Virus record (IMG/VR): IMGVR_UViG_3300033485_000064
Location: 1-29,016 of that record
Length of the DNA stretch: 29,016 bases
Source: a virus
Taxonomy: Duplodnaviria > Caudoviricetes
Direction: 5' to 3' (one strand)
Position 1 is the stretch's first letter. Each line of letters begins with the position of its first letter. The position numbers were made by a program, and so were the translations under genes. The notes beneath the pieces are model-generated. The model was not told where the DNA came from. It saw nothing but the letters and a program-made list of their open reading frames with translations, and searched no databases. Below, piece after piece: positions 1 through 8,831 of the stretch.

Positions 1-825
1 GAACTCATAAACAGCATAAGCACAATTAGCTTCAATTATGAATACTGTTGCAGTAGTTCCCCCTACGTTGAAGTCAAGCCCGATATGAATATCAGTATAT
101 TTTTGCCAAACTTTATCTGTGTAGTGTTTAATTCTATTATAAAAGTGGTAAACCTTATTTTGATTTAGTGATACTATCTCACCACGTAGGTATAAGTCGG
201 CTAGTATTGGGTCATAGTTATTTAGAATGTTTTGCACATATTCAGGTGGTAAAAATGGATTATCATAAGTTGAGGCTTTATAAACTACATATCCTTTTTG
301 CTTCATCTTATGCCATTTTTCATAAAGGAAGCCATTATAACCTTGGTCTGGAGTGGTCACTACTGCTATGCTATTCTTTGCATCTCCTTCTACCTCTTGC
401 CGAACACGCTCTGTTATCTTACGCCATACATAAGACGCTTCCTCTTTTTTAAGTGTGTCGATCTCATCTACTATTGCGGCAAATACTTCAAACGCAATAA
501 TTCTCTTAGGGTTATCGTAACTTCTAAAAATTACTTGACCATATCCATCTGCTTGTATTGTAGATTCTGATTTATTTAGTTTATATTTAATGTTTGCTTG
601 TTCAAAAAAATCCTCAAAAGCAGGGATAGCCCTAAGGCGTAACAAATCATAGGTAGGCATTGCGTAAAGAAAGTTGGCTGTTGGGTTCTCAAACATAAGC
701 CTAAGCACTCTAAGCACCCCTGCCTCACTCTTGCCACTGCCTAACCCACCCTGCATAGCTGGATGAGGCTCATCACAAAAAACAAAGTCGTATTGATGAG
801 GCAATAACTGTTTGGTAAATGTCAT
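1..825 (-). CDS. terL: Terminase large subunit, N-terminal part (runs off the window edge; absent from the ORF track)
   Basis: Manual translation from ATG 825 gives MTFTKQLLPHQYDF..., Walker A GGLGSGKS, Walker B AAIVDE, motif III VTTP and the start of the nuclease domain IGLDFN. The frame is open to base 1 and has an ATGA overlap with the upstream HNH stop. Confidence 0.95.
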   Translation of the reverse strand, partial: MTFTKQLLPHQYDFVFCDEPHPAMQGGLGSGKSEAGVLRVLRLMFENPTANFLYAMPTYDLLRLRAIPAFEDFFEQANIKYKLNKSESTIQADGYGQVIFRSYDNPKRIIAFEVFAAIVDEIDTLKKEEASYVWRKITERVRQEVEGDAKNSIAVVTTPDQGYNGFLYEKWHKMKQKGYVVYKASTYDNPFLPPEYVQNILNNYDPILADLYLRGEIVSLNQNKVYHFYNRIKHYTDKVWQKYTDIHIGLDFNVGGTTATVFIIEANCAYAVYEF

Positions 826-1727
826 TTATTAATGCCTTTACAATTATCAAAATGCCATCTCTTCATATTTGATGGACTACCTACTTTATCACAATGAGGA
901 CATTTAATTCTAGGAGAGTTTTTTAGCGCTTCAGATATTTTATTTCTTTTTTCTTCTGAAGCTATAACCCCATAGTTTGGGTTTTTATCTCCTCTTATTT
1001 TATCTCCGTTCCCATAGTTTGGATTATTAGCCCCCATTACACTATTTGACTTTATCTTTCTTAACTCATCATCCCATCTTAATCTCTGCGATTCTGACAT
1101 TTTATTTCTAATATCAATACATGATAAAGTTTCTTTTACGCCTTTTGATATTTTAGACTTATGCTCATCGCTAATAGAAGTGCCTTTCTTTTCGGATTTT
1201 CTCCCTTTTAAAGATAAAGACATTTTTAATTTATGATCATCTGTTAATTGTTTACCGATTTTAGACTTAGATATTTTTTCTTTAGTATCATCACTCATAG
1301 CAACCCCTATATTCCAAGGCTCCCCACCATTCTTAAAATAATGATTTTCTGACATAATTTTTCTTGTTTCCGCTGTGTGTTTTTTACCCTTGAAAGCATT
1401 ATGTATTTGCATTTTTTCAGACGCACTAATAGACAAAGCTTTTTTACTTGCTTGATATGAGTGGCTATTTATTCTAATATTTCTATTTTTATTTCTAAGA
1501 TTACTTAGTGCAAAAAATGCAAACCCCATCTCTCTATTCTTATATATTTTCCATAATAAATAATGTGCTATAAAATGCTCTCGAGCAGTTAAATTTATTA
1601 AATTATCTTTTAAATTATTTCCACCCATTGACTTAGGAATAATATGATGTTTTTCAAAATACCCATCATCTAGTATTTCATCTTTTCTTTTTTGTATTAA
1701 TTGATTATATATATTTTCGTAATTCAT
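822..1727 (-). CDS. Free-standing HNH homing endonuclease with NUMOD3-type DNA-binding repeats
   Basis: N-terminal EKHHIIPKSMGG..NL..LTAREHF.AH.LL HNH motif, repeated (H/M/L)(S/T).E/D.(K/R).K(I/M)S units, and C-terminal CPHC...RWHFDNCK. Confidence 0.88.
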   Translation of the reverse strand: MNYENIYNQLIQKRKDEILDDGYFEKHHIIPKSMGGNNLKDNLINLTAREHFIAHYLLWKIYKNREMGFAFFALSNLRNKNRNIRINSHSYQASKKALSISASEKMQIHNAFKGKKHTAETRKIMSENHYFKNGGEPWNIGVAMSDDTKEKISKSKIGKQLTDDHKLKMSLSLKGRKSEKKGTSISDEHKSKISKGVKETLSCIDIRNKMSESQRLRWDDELRKIKSNSVMGANNPNYGNGDKIRGDKNPNYGVIASEEKRNKISEALKNSPRIKCPHCDKVGSPSNMKRWHFDNCKGINK

Positions 1728-1731
1728 AAAG

Positions 1732-1739
1732 GTATTATA
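1732..1739 (-). promoter_or_regulatory. Putative -10 box (TATAATAC) giving a leaderless HNH transcript
   Basis: TATAAT at 1739-1734 is followed by 6 nt and then ATG 1727. No Shine-Dalgarno is present. Confidence 0.6.
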
Positions 1740-1762
1740 TACTATATTTGATGAATTAGATA

Positions 1763-2272
1763 TTAATTATCTCCGACATTACCTATTCTTTGAAATATTA
1801 TTTTAGGAGGCTCTACGTTTGTAAGTTGATTATTTTGTGTATTTACTTCTATCTTATTTGCTTGTGGGTTTGCTATTGACTCAATATCTTTCATTACACC
1901 GCTCACATTCCGAATGTTTCCTAAATTAATATCTTGACGGTTAGCAACAATAACCCCTTGAAGCATTTTAGCTATCTTGCGGTTATTACCTATTAGCTCG
2001 TTATCTTGTTCTAATGTATCAAGCTTTTTTATCATAAGCTCTTGGTTTATCGGGTGGAGTTTCTCGATGTTTTGTGCCATTTTGTGCGTTTCGGCATAAA
2101 ACCCCTCAACATCGGCTTTTAGGTTACCTTTTATTACCCATTTATCAGTGAGGACTTTATTACCCAATAGCTTAGATGGAAGCTGATACCTTTTACATAT
2201 ATCTGCCTTATCTAACCCACCCTCGTATGCTTCACGGATACCTTCCCAATCATACTTACTTGGACGCGCCAC
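1763..2272 (-). CDS. terS: Terminase small subunit
   Basis: N-terminal HTH-like MARPSKYDWEGIREAYEGG, position upstream of terL, typical C-terminal beta tail, and GAGG RBS before a GTG start. Confidence 0.75.
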   Translation of the reverse strand: MARPSKYDWEGIREAYEGGLDKADICKRYQLPSKLLGNKVLTDKWVIKGNLKADVEGFYAETHKMAQNIEKLHPINQELMIKKLDTLEQDNELIGNNRKIAKMLQGVIVANRQDINLGNIRNVSGVMKDIESIANPQANKIEVNTQNNQLTNVEPPKIIFQRIGNVGDN

Positions 2273-2307
2273 GAGTTACCTCTTTTGGTTTTGGTTGCTT
2301 TATATCA

Positions 2308-3564
2308 TCAATCCACACGGTTTTCATCTTTGTACTCCGTCCATGATACTTCTTTGCCGTTTATTTTGATTGAGTCAATTTGTGTATAGTCACACCATCG
2401 CTGGATTATTACTTGGGCGTATTGAGTTGATAACTCTATCATTCTGCAATTCCTATCTAAGTTTTCACAAGCCATCATAGTTGAGCCACTACCTCCGAAG
2501 AAGTCCATAATAATATCACCCTTATCTGATGATATTTTAATTTGGTTTTCAATCAATGCAATAGGCTTCATTGTAGGGTGCAACCCAGTTTCTCTACCTT
2601 CTTCAATGACTCTTGAATAATTTACGTCCTTTAATGCTCCATTCCATTTGGCACTTCTTCTAAATAACAATAAAAATTCAATATCAGGGCGGTGACTTCC
2701 TCCAATAGGGATTGCATTTGGCTTTTTCCAAATTAGCGGATTGAATGATATTTTATTTTCTTTGGCCCAGTTAAGATAATCAGGCAATAAGTCTTTGTTG
2801 CAAAAAACATAGGCGTTAAAATTATTCTTTTCAAATATAGTTGGAAACACTTTCAAAAAGTCGAGAGGGTTAAAATCTGCAATAAATTCGATATCTTTGC
2901 CTTGCTTTTCTAGCCCTTTTCCTATGTCTCCTTTACATCCGCCCTCTGTTTGTATCAAGTATGGAGGGTCAGTGAACACCATATCAGCCTTTTTGCCATC
3001 CATCAAACGCTTAACATCTTCCTCTTTCGTACTATCCCCACAAAGCAACCGATGCGCTCCAATCTCGATTAAGTCACCCAATTTAATCACTGGATTATCT
3101 ACCACTTCTGGAACGTCATCTGCTTTGCTTTCGTCGATGATTGCTTCTAGTTCACCATCTAAGTTAATATCCATCTCCTCTAACTCTTCGGGAGTGAAGC
3201 CGATTAAATCTAAGTCATAGCCTACGTCGTGAAGCTCTTGCATTTCGATAGCAAGCATTTCTTCATCCCAACCACTGTTCAATGCGAGTTTATTATCAGC
3301 AATTATATAAGCCTTCTTCTGAGCCTCTGTGAGGTGTGATAGCTCAATCGTTGGTACTTCATCAAGTCCGAGTCGTTGCGCCGCCATAACACGCCCGTGA
3401 CCCGCAATGATTCCATTTTGTCCATCTGTTAAAATAGGATTAGTGAACCCAAATTCTTTTATACTTGACATTATCTGTGCAACTTGCTCATCTGAATGCG
3501 TGCGACTGTTTCGTGCGTATGGCACTAACTCTTTGACCGATTTATAGACTATTTCTTGCTTCAT
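2308..3564 (-). CDS. ParB-like N-terminal domain fused to an N6/N4 DNA methyltransferase
   Basis: ParB motifs YARNSRTHS, IIAGHGR and ADNKL; MTase motif IV TDPPY, HPTMKP and motif I DFFGGSGST. Confidence 0.92.
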   Translation of the reverse strand: MKQEIVYKSVKELVPYARNSRTHSDEQVAQIMSSIKEFGFTNPILTDGQNGIIAGHGRVMAAQRLGLDEVPTIELSHLTEAQKKAYIIADNKLALNSGWDEEMLAIEMQELHDVGYDLDLIGFTPEELEEMDINLDGELEAIIDESKADDVPEVVDNPVIKLGDLIEIGAHRLLCGDSTKEEDVKRLMDGKKADMVFTDPPYLIQTEGGCKGDIGKGLEKQGKDIEFIADFNPLDFLKVFPTIFEKNNFNAYVFCNKDLLPDYLNWAKENKISFNPLIWKKPNAIPIGGSHRPDIEFLLLFRRSAKWNGALKDVNYSRVIEEGRETGLHPTMKPIALIENQIKISSDKGDIIMDFFGGSGSTMMACENLDRNCRMIELSTQYAQVIIQRWCDYTQIDSIKINGKEVSWTEYKDENRVD

Positions 3565-3689
3565 TACTTCTTCTTTTTGCTTTTAGTCTTGCCAAGTGAA
3601 GCCGTACAAATAGCGTATGCGCTCGACTCACTCTTGCCTTGTTTCTTTACTGCTGAAACGCATCGGTCTTTCTTTGTTGCTTTAGGCAT
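3564..3689 (-). CDS. Small basic protein, 41 aa (MPKATKKDRCVSAVKKQGKSESSAYAICTASLGKTKSKKKK)
   Basis: Manual translation. Fills the gap exactly, with TAATG overlaps at both ends. Confidence 0.75.
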   Translation of the reverse strand: MPKATKKDRCVSAVKKQGKSESSAYAICTASLGKTKSKKKK

Positions 3690-4084
3690 TAAAACCATCC
3701 TTTAACTAAGAATATTTTACTATCATTTTTTTTACTTTTATGCTTAGGTCTTTTTTGTTGCTTTTGAGTTTGCTTCTTTTGTTCGTTTTTAAAGTGTGCA
3801 AATCCTATACCGCTAGACGATAAAAGCCCTTGCAAGTATATTACATAATCATCATTTGAAGTAAATATAAAACTCTTTGAAGTAGCTGTTATAGCCTTTT
3901 CCCCATCATCTAGCGCATTATCAATAGATTCTTCGTAATCTTGCAGTGATAACTCTTCTACTGCTTTTAATACTTTTTTGAATGGTGTATTTTTATCGTT
4001 GTATGAATTTATAACGTGTGCTACTAGATATGTATCATCATTTAGCATTTCAGCAATTTGATAGTATTTATCTATTACGTTCAC
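3689..4084 (-). CDS. Hypothetical protein
   Basis: 131-aa ORF with GAGG RBS, coupled to the downstream gene. Confidence 0.65.
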   Translation of the reverse strand: MNVIDKYYQIAEMLNDDTYLVAHVINSYNDKNTPFKKVLKAVEELSLQDYEESIDNALDDGEKAITATSKSFIFTSNDDYVIYLQGLLSSSGIGFAHFKNEQKKQTQKQQKRPKHKSKKNDSKIFLVKGWF

Positions 4085-4098
4085 ATTACCTCTATTTT

Positions 4099-4123
4099 GC
4101 CCCGTAGTTAATGGGGCTTTTTT
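4099..4123. terminator. GC hairpin GCCCC-N9-GGGGC with a T6 run on the + strand
   Basis: Inverted repeat at 4099-4103/4113-4117 flanked by T runs. Terminator-like for + strand transcription. Confidence 0.4.
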
Positions 4124-4163
4124 GTGCGCTCATAATAGTATTATACTATTTATTTATGAAAAA

Positions 4164-4334
4164 CTAACTTTTTTTGTTGCAAAATTCTGCATAAGATTTA
4201 TGCAATTCACTTACTGGCACATTATGCTTCGTTGCGATCTCTAAAGCTGATACGCTTAACTTTTCGTTGTACTCGATTACTGCTTTTTCCATGTCGAATT
4301 CATTGTATCTGATTGATTCATATTGTAGTGGCAT
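4164..4334 (-). CDS. Hypothetical protein (likely start MPLQYES at 4334)
   Basis: TAATG coupling to the DUF3310 stop and GGAG RBS. Possible HTH-like C-terminus. Confidence 0.55.
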   Translation of the reverse strand: MPLQYESIRYNEFDMEKAVIEYNEKLSVSALEIATKHNVPVSELHKSYAEFCNKKS

Positions 4335-4657
4335 TATTCCATCTCCGTTATTAATTTGTTTATGTACCATTGTGCTTTCTTTAAATCTTGCACATGGTTA
4401 TCTTTCTTGCCAGTACGTGATAAATACTTAATTGCTGTCAATCGTAAATGACCGCAAAACTCTTCATGTGTAGAATATGCTTTCATATAGTCGATTGTTT
4501 CAATGCCGCCTTGATTGTAGTGTGGTGGGTTATTTACCATATCATTACTACTAGGCATATAATCTTTATATGAATCATTAATGAACTTATATGTGCTAGG
4601 CTCACGCTTGTAATCATCCTCAAACTCAGCTTTTAATTCTCTTTCTGTCTTGCTCAT
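4334..4657 (-). CDS. DUF3310 family protein (T7 gp1.7-like)
   Basis: DMVNNPPHYNQGGIETID ... KYLSR.GKK ... QDLKKAQWY signature. Confidence 0.85.
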   Translation of the reverse strand: MSKTERELKAEFEDDYKREPSTYKFINDSYKDYMPSSNDMVNNPPHYNQGGIETIDYMKAYSTHEEFCGHLRLTAIKYLSRTGKKDNHVQDLKKAQWYINKLITEME

Positions 4658-5334
4658 TGTTGTTCCTTTTTTAATTTAGCTTTCGCTCTATAATTGGCGT
4701 TATATCGTTCACGCTGCTCATCGGTTAAAATCCGCTTGATTCCTTTTTCTTTGCACCGTTGTCTCCATTCTTTTGACTGCTGCAATAATTTAGCCTTCTT
4801 TTCTTCGGGTGACATTTTAGTGCGTGGCATAATTCCTTGCTCCCTTCGCTTAATTGTTTTATAGTCTTTTACTTTTTGCTTTTGTTCTTCGGTTAATGGC
4901 GCACGTTTCCATGTTCCAGCCTCTTTCATTTTTCTGCGTCTTTCTTTCTCATACTCATACCGTTTATGCTTTCGTTCCTCTTCGCTCATTTTTACGTGAA
5001 CATTTGGGCTTTTATCCGTATGATACTTTTTCAATGCTCTATCGTTATGATAAGCTCTTTTTTCTTCGGCACTTAATCCGCTTAAATCAGTGCCGTTATT
5101 CTTTTTTGGCTGTGGGTTTTCTTTAGCTCTTGATAATCTTATGCGCTTAATTTTAGGCTTTACTTTATCATGGTTTTCGATAGTTGGCTTCATCGGCTTT
5201 TGTTGATTTTTTGGTGTGATTACGAGAGGCTCTATTCGTTCCTCCCCTATATTCATCATGAGATTAAATTGTTCTAAGCTCATTGGCGTATGTCTTAGCC
5301 CTCTCATTTGGGCGCAGTATGTTTGATATGTCAT
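4654..5334 (-). CDS. Highly basic protein with repeated helix-cap motifs, probably nucleic-acid binding
   Basis: Repeats LSAEEKR, MSEEERK, LTEEQKQ, MSPEEKK and LTDEQRE in a K/R-rich sequence. Confidence 0.7.
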   Translation of the reverse strand: MTYQTYCAQMRGLRHTPMSLEQFNLMMNIGEERIEPLVITPKNQQKPMKPTIENHDKVKPKIKRIRLSRAKENPQPKKNNGTDLSGLSAEEKRAYHNDRALKKYHTDKSPNVHVKMSEEERKHKRYEYEKERRRKMKEAGTWKRAPLTEEQKQKVKDYKTIKRREQGIMPRTKMSPEEKKAKLLQQSKEWRQRCKEKGIKRILTDEQRERYNANYRAKAKLKKEQQ

Positions 5335-5513
5335 TTGTTTACCTCATTAGATGGTGGTGTCCAGCCCATTTTAATTAGTGCTTCTTTTATTCCGCTTTCT
5401 TGAAGATTTATAACAACCCTAGATATCTCTGCTTTTGACTCATTGTAATCTCTAATAGTTGTGATTTGCTCAATGCTATGACTAAATATATTTGTTTCAA
5501 CTTCTATTTTCAT
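5331..5513 (-). CDS. Hypothetical protein
   Basis: 60-aa ORF with AAGGGG RBS and ATGA overlap; ends ALIKMGWTPP. Confidence 0.7.
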   Translation of the reverse strand: MKIEVETNIFSHSIEQITTIRDYNESKAEISRVVINLQESGIKEALIKMGWTPPSNEVNK

Positions 5514-5939
5514 CTATTCCCCCTTATACTCATCATAAAGTTTTTGTGCGTGTTCTCTTTGTACTTCGATAGGATATGTTTCTCTCCATCGGTTAGGCGC
5601 ACCATGTGGCGATATTTCAGGGCTATACTTATGATGCAATTCGCAAAGTGGCAACAGCTCACGGTCATTCTTAACATCACTAGAATGTAATTTTACGTGA
5701 TGCGCTTCAATCTGTGGATTATTGCATACCATACACGTAAAGCCTTGATTATGAAACCATGAGAGATAGGCTTTATCTTTTAGGGCTTTTTGTTTTAGCC
5801 TTGCATTTTTCCTTAGCTGTTTTGACTTGCTGTAATCTTCTTCATAGTAAAAATCATCCTCCTCATCTTCTCTTATTTCTTCATTGAGTTGTTCAGCTAT
5901 ACTTAACATCTTAATTTTCTTTTGCAACATATCTATCAA
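5514..5939 (-). CDS. HNH-like Zn nuclease (DUF968/Ref/NinG-like)
   Basis: YLSWFH..CMVC...IEAHHV...LLPLCELHH motif. Confidence 0.7.
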   Translation of the reverse strand: MIDMLQKKIKMLSIAEQLNEEIREDEEDDFYYEEDYSKSKQLRKNARLKQKALKDKAYLSWFHNQGFTCMVCNNPQIEAHHVKLHSSDVKNDRELLPLCELHHKYSPEISPHGAPNRWRETYPIEVQREHAQKLYDEYKGE

Positions 5940-6159
5940 CTCTTAGTTTTTTCATACCTTCACGACTACAATCTACCCATCGGTAGCACAAGGTGCTTAT
6001 ACTTAATTTTAAATCATATTCACAACCATCACAGCTCTTATTATGCGCCATTGACTCTATGATTACGTATTTGCCTTTGATGATTAAAAAAAGTTCTTCA
6101 ATGTGTGCTTGAAGCCTAGTGATGTACCATCTATCTAGTTCTAATTCGCCTTGTATCAT
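5911..6159 (-). CDS. Hypothetical Cys-containing protein
   Basis: 82-aa ORF with AAGGGGG RBS, ATGA overlap and CDGC motif. Confidence 0.6.
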   Translation of the reverse strand: MIQGELELDRWYITRLQAHIEELFLIIKGKYVIIESMAHNKSCDGCEYDLKLSISTLCYRWVDCSREGMKKLRVDRYVAKEN

Positions 6160-6626
6160 ACTACCCCCTTTAAATATCTATATACGTGCTTAGATAGAAT
6201 ATCGTTGTATTGATCGGTTACTATCCGTGTTACTTTTGGCTTAACATCATCTTCAATAGCTAAAAAAGCCATCCGTGTGATATTGCTTTCTAGGTTCTTA
6301 ATCTTAGACATCCACTCATACTCGTTATAAAATAGCGTTTCTATCATTGTGGGTACGTTTGCTGCTATCTCTTCTTCTTTGTACAGCGTAGCAAGTTCAT
6401 CCCATACGGAAATTTTGATAGCCTCTATATCATCTACTATCTTGTTATGCTTTTTGCACTCTTGGAGCATAATTTTAACGATAGATGATACCGATTGCAT
6501 AGCCGATAACTTTTTCATAATCGGAAGTGATAAATCTTCACCTACTGTTTTATTCAGCTCAAATGCTAACGACCACATAAAAGAGCGTATTACTAACTTT
6601 CTTATTGTCTTGTAGTCTTTATTCAT
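6156..6626 (-). CDS. Hypothetical protein
   Basis: 156-aa ORF with ATGA overlaps at both ends. Confidence 0.7.
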   Translation of the reverse strand: MNKDYKTIRKLVIRSFMWSLAFELNKTVGEDLSLPIMKKLSAMQSVSSIVKIMLQECKKHNKIVDDIEAIKISVWDELATLYKEEEIAANVPTMIETLFYNEYEWMSKIKNLESNITRMAFLAIEDDVKPKVTRIVTDQYNDILSKHVYRYLKGVV

Positions 6627-7015
6627 TGCATTAACTCAGGATTTTCATAGATATTGCCAATTACTTCAAAACCATTTCTATAATGATGATAGTTATATAA
6701 CTCAGACCATCCAAATCCTCTATCAATATTGCATGGGCGAGTGGCTTTTGTTCTTACTGTTTCTAGTATCAACATTCCGCTTTTGTATTTAACTACGCAA
6801 TTTTCATCATAATCATCAAAGCATCTTCCTAAAATATCGCCCTCATAAATATTAACACCATTTTTGTCTTTTAGTCCAGTATACTGTTGATGTTTTAGGT
6901 AGATTAAATCAGATGGGAAAGTTCCTAACCCACCATTATTATCAATACTACCAATACCCAAATTATAGAATTCTTTATTTATTTTATGCCACGCTCTAAA
7001 TTTAATCTCTCTCAT
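6623..7015 (-). CDS. YopX family protein (copy 1), likely start MREIKFRAW at 7015
   Basis: MREIKFRAW, QYTGLKDKNG..IYEGDI and EVIGNIYENPEL signature; SD GAGGTG is correctly spaced to ATG 7015. Confidence 0.88.
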   Translation of the reverse strand: MREIKFRAWHKINKEFYNLGIGSIDNNGGLGTFPSDLIYLKHQQYTGLKDKNGVNIYEGDILGRCFDDYDENCVVKYKSGMLILETVRTKATRPCNIDRGFGWSELYNYHHYRNGFEVIGNIYENPELMQ

Positions 7016-7042
7016 CTCATCCACCTCTTTTTGATATATAAC

Positions 7043-7072
7043 ATTATAACTATATTTAGCTTAATTAAGTAT
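7043..7072 (-). promoter_or_regulatory. Early promoter P1: ATACTTAATTAAGCT-N9-TATAAT
   Basis: The 15-nt motif at 7058-7072 is identical to 10823-10837 and 12422-12436; -10 box at 7048-7043. Confidence 0.8.
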
Positions 7073-7080
7073 TAATAGTT

Positions 7081-7263
7081 TTACACTTTAATGCTATTTA
7101 TCGCCACACGTATTCTTTCAATGCGCTCTTGTTTGCTTGACTTTCTTCGTCTAGCGTTCTTAGCTGTGTAGTAGCAACTTTTACATTCGGCACGTAATCC
7201 TAAGCCTCGCTTTGGGAATTCGCTTTCTTGCTTAGTTTCTGTGCATTTGGCGCATTGTTTCAT
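7081..7263 (-). CDS. Small Zn-finger protein
   Basis: CAKC...CKSC followed by a basic helix. Confidence 0.7.
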   Translation of the reverse strand: MKQCAKCTETKQESEFPKRGLGLRAECKSCYYTAKNARRRKSSKQERIERIRVAINSIKV

Positions 7264-7619
7264 GATATGTCTAGGTATTTAATTATGACTTGTTGCGCTT
7301 CACTGAATGAATAGCATATTGCGCACCGATACCCGCTTGATGATAAAGCACCAATCCATTCTCTTTGATTCTCCGATAGTTTTCCTTTAGCGGATTTCAT
7401 TTCAATAAATAAGCCGTGTTCTGTTTTAGAAGGGAATGCCAAAAATATATCCAGCACTCCACTTTTTACGCCTTCCGCTTTTAGCTTTGTTGCGGTTACG
7501 ATATTACGCTGTCCACCGTTAGGGATAGCGAACATCATAGATAGTTGAGGATGCTTACTACTTTGCATTTTTGCCCACTGGAATAGCTTTTTTTGCTCTT
7601 CATGCTCAGTTTGTTTCAT
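7260..7619 (-). CDS. VRR-NUC domain nuclease
   Basis: TEHEEQ, FAIPNGG.R, GVKSGV.D, LFIEMKS.KG.LS..Q..W. Confidence 0.92.
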   Translation of the reverse strand: MKQTEHEEQKKLFQWAKMQSSKHPQLSMMFAIPNGGQRNIVTATKLKAEGVKSGVLDIFLAFPSKTEHGLFIEMKSAKGKLSENQREWIGALSSSGYRCAICYSFSEAQQVIIKYLDIS

Positions 7620-7622
7620 TTT

Positions 7623-7826
7623 TCAACCCCTATTTAAAAGTAAATGGAAATTTAACCATCTATAAAAAATAAAAATGGTAAATGATGGGTTTGAATATTT
7701 ACTCCAACTTTTTTTATATCCAAACTTATCTAAACTACCATCATTTTCTCCGTCATAGCCGAAATATGTCACTTTAAGTCCATAGCCCAAAATGCTAATA
7801 TGAACAATATCTGATTTATCATTCAT
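7623..7826 (-). CDS. Hypothetical protein
   Basis: 67-aa ORF with ATGA overlap. Confidence 0.55.
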   Translation of the reverse strand: MNDKSDIVHISILGYGLKVTYFGYDGENDGSLDKFGYKKSWSKYSNPSFTIFIFYRWLNFHLLLNRG

Positions 7827-8014
7827 TTTTTACCACGATTCTTCCGTAAACATCCGCATGACTTAGTACCACCAATTGCTACGTTATTTGTGTAAGCCTC
7901 GAACTCTTGACCGCAAAAGCATTTATAAAGTCCATAGCGTTTTTTGTACTTTGAGTTTTTGCCTTCTTTTAGCCCTAAATCTTTTATAGGAATAGGGGGG
8001 GTGTATTCGTTCAT
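7823..8014 (-). CDS. Small Cys-rich protein (stand-alone CxCG...SCGC module)
   Basis: YGLYKCFCG...GGTKSCGCL; AAGGA RBS. Confidence 0.7.
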   Translation of the reverse strand: MNEYTPPIPIKDLGLKEGKNSKYKKRYGLYKCFCGQEFEAYTNNVAIGGTKSCGCLRKNRGKK

Positions 8015-8023
8015 TTTTGTCCT

Positions 8024-8455
8024 TTAAAATGGGATTATCATATCTGTATCAATATCAATGTCTGGTATTTGTGGCATTTCTTTGCGTTCATGATACACTG
8101 GAGCGTTTGCGCCTTTTGATTCGCTTTGTTCGCTACTTTGATTCTTAGATTTTGGCGCAAACTCAATTTTTGGAAACTTTAACTTTGTAGTGTAGTTTTT
8201 CTTTCCATCTTTTTCATACATTTCTGTAATGAGCTTTCCAGTTGCGACACATAACGCACCATCTTGAAACCATTGATTAATAAATTCAGCTTGTTTTTCA
8301 AACGCTGTGCCTCTTAGTGTGAGATTTTCCCACTCATATTTTGAGTTCTTTTCTGAACATTCAATTTGGAATGAACATATAGCCATTCCACTTTGTGAGT
8401 ATTTCAACTCTATTTTATTGATCGTTCCAAATATAGTTACTGTCGGTAGTGGCAT
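8024..8455 (-). CDS. ssb: Single-stranded DNA-binding protein
   Basis: OB-fold pattern (VTIFG...ELKYSQSG.A...AFEKQAE...G.L..YEKDG) and acidic C-terminal tail ending IIPF. Confidence 0.9.
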   Translation of the reverse strand: MPLPTVTIFGTINKIELKYSQSGMAICSFQIECSEKNSKYEWENLTLRGTAFEKQAEFINQWFQDGALCVATGKLITEMYEKDGKKNYTTKLKFPKIEFAPKSKNQSSEQSESKGANAPVYHERKEMPQIPDIDIDTDMIIPF

Positions 8456-8469
8456 CTTATCCCCTTAAT

Positions 8470-8655
8470 TTATTTAAAATTTGTTTTACTTTTTACGCCT
8501 AGTATGTACGCTTCGGCTATTACATCTTCCAAAAGGTCTTTTATCTCTTTTGGGATTGCATAGCCTTGCGTAAATCTTCCTACTATCAATCGCATATCAA
8601 AACCGCTTTCGATCTTGACGCTTTCAAATAGTGAGTCTATTTCTTTTTGAGTCAT
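8470..8655 (-). CDS. Hypothetical protein
   Basis: 61-aa ORF with ATGA overlap. Confidence 0.65.
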   Translation of the reverse strand: MTQKEIDSLFESVKIESGFDMRLIVGRFTQGYAIPKEIKDLLEDVIAEAYILGVKSKTNFK

Positions 8656-8831
8656 GATTTACCTACGAACACATTACGAAGCTTATCGGTATAATACTTG
8701 ACTGCCTTGGCTCTTCCCATACGTGGAGGGATAGTGTCAAACGCTCTCATGTTTAACGCTGATGTTTCGTTTGACTCAAACTCTTTTTTGCGTTGGAAGA
8801 AAGCTTCCCCATGAGTAGGTTTTTGTTTCAT
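8652..8831 (-). CDS. Hypothetical protein, 59 aa (MKQKPTHGEAFFQRKKEF...NVFVGKS), not in the ORF track
   Basis: Manual translation; ATGA overlaps with both neighbours. Confidence 0.7.
   Translation of the reverse strand: MKQKPTHGEAFFQRKKEFESNETSALNMRAFDTIPPRMGRAKAVKYYTDKLRNVFVGKS

Noticed and set aside
822-1762. Group I intron or intein interrupting the terminase
   Set aside because: terL starts intact after the HNH gene with its own Walker A, terS ends normally, and there is no room for an intron core.
5853-5870. Additional sRNA target UGAGGAGG inside the HNH-like gene
   Set aside because: Explained by the acidic codons EDEEDD and not at an in-frame start; may be coincidental.
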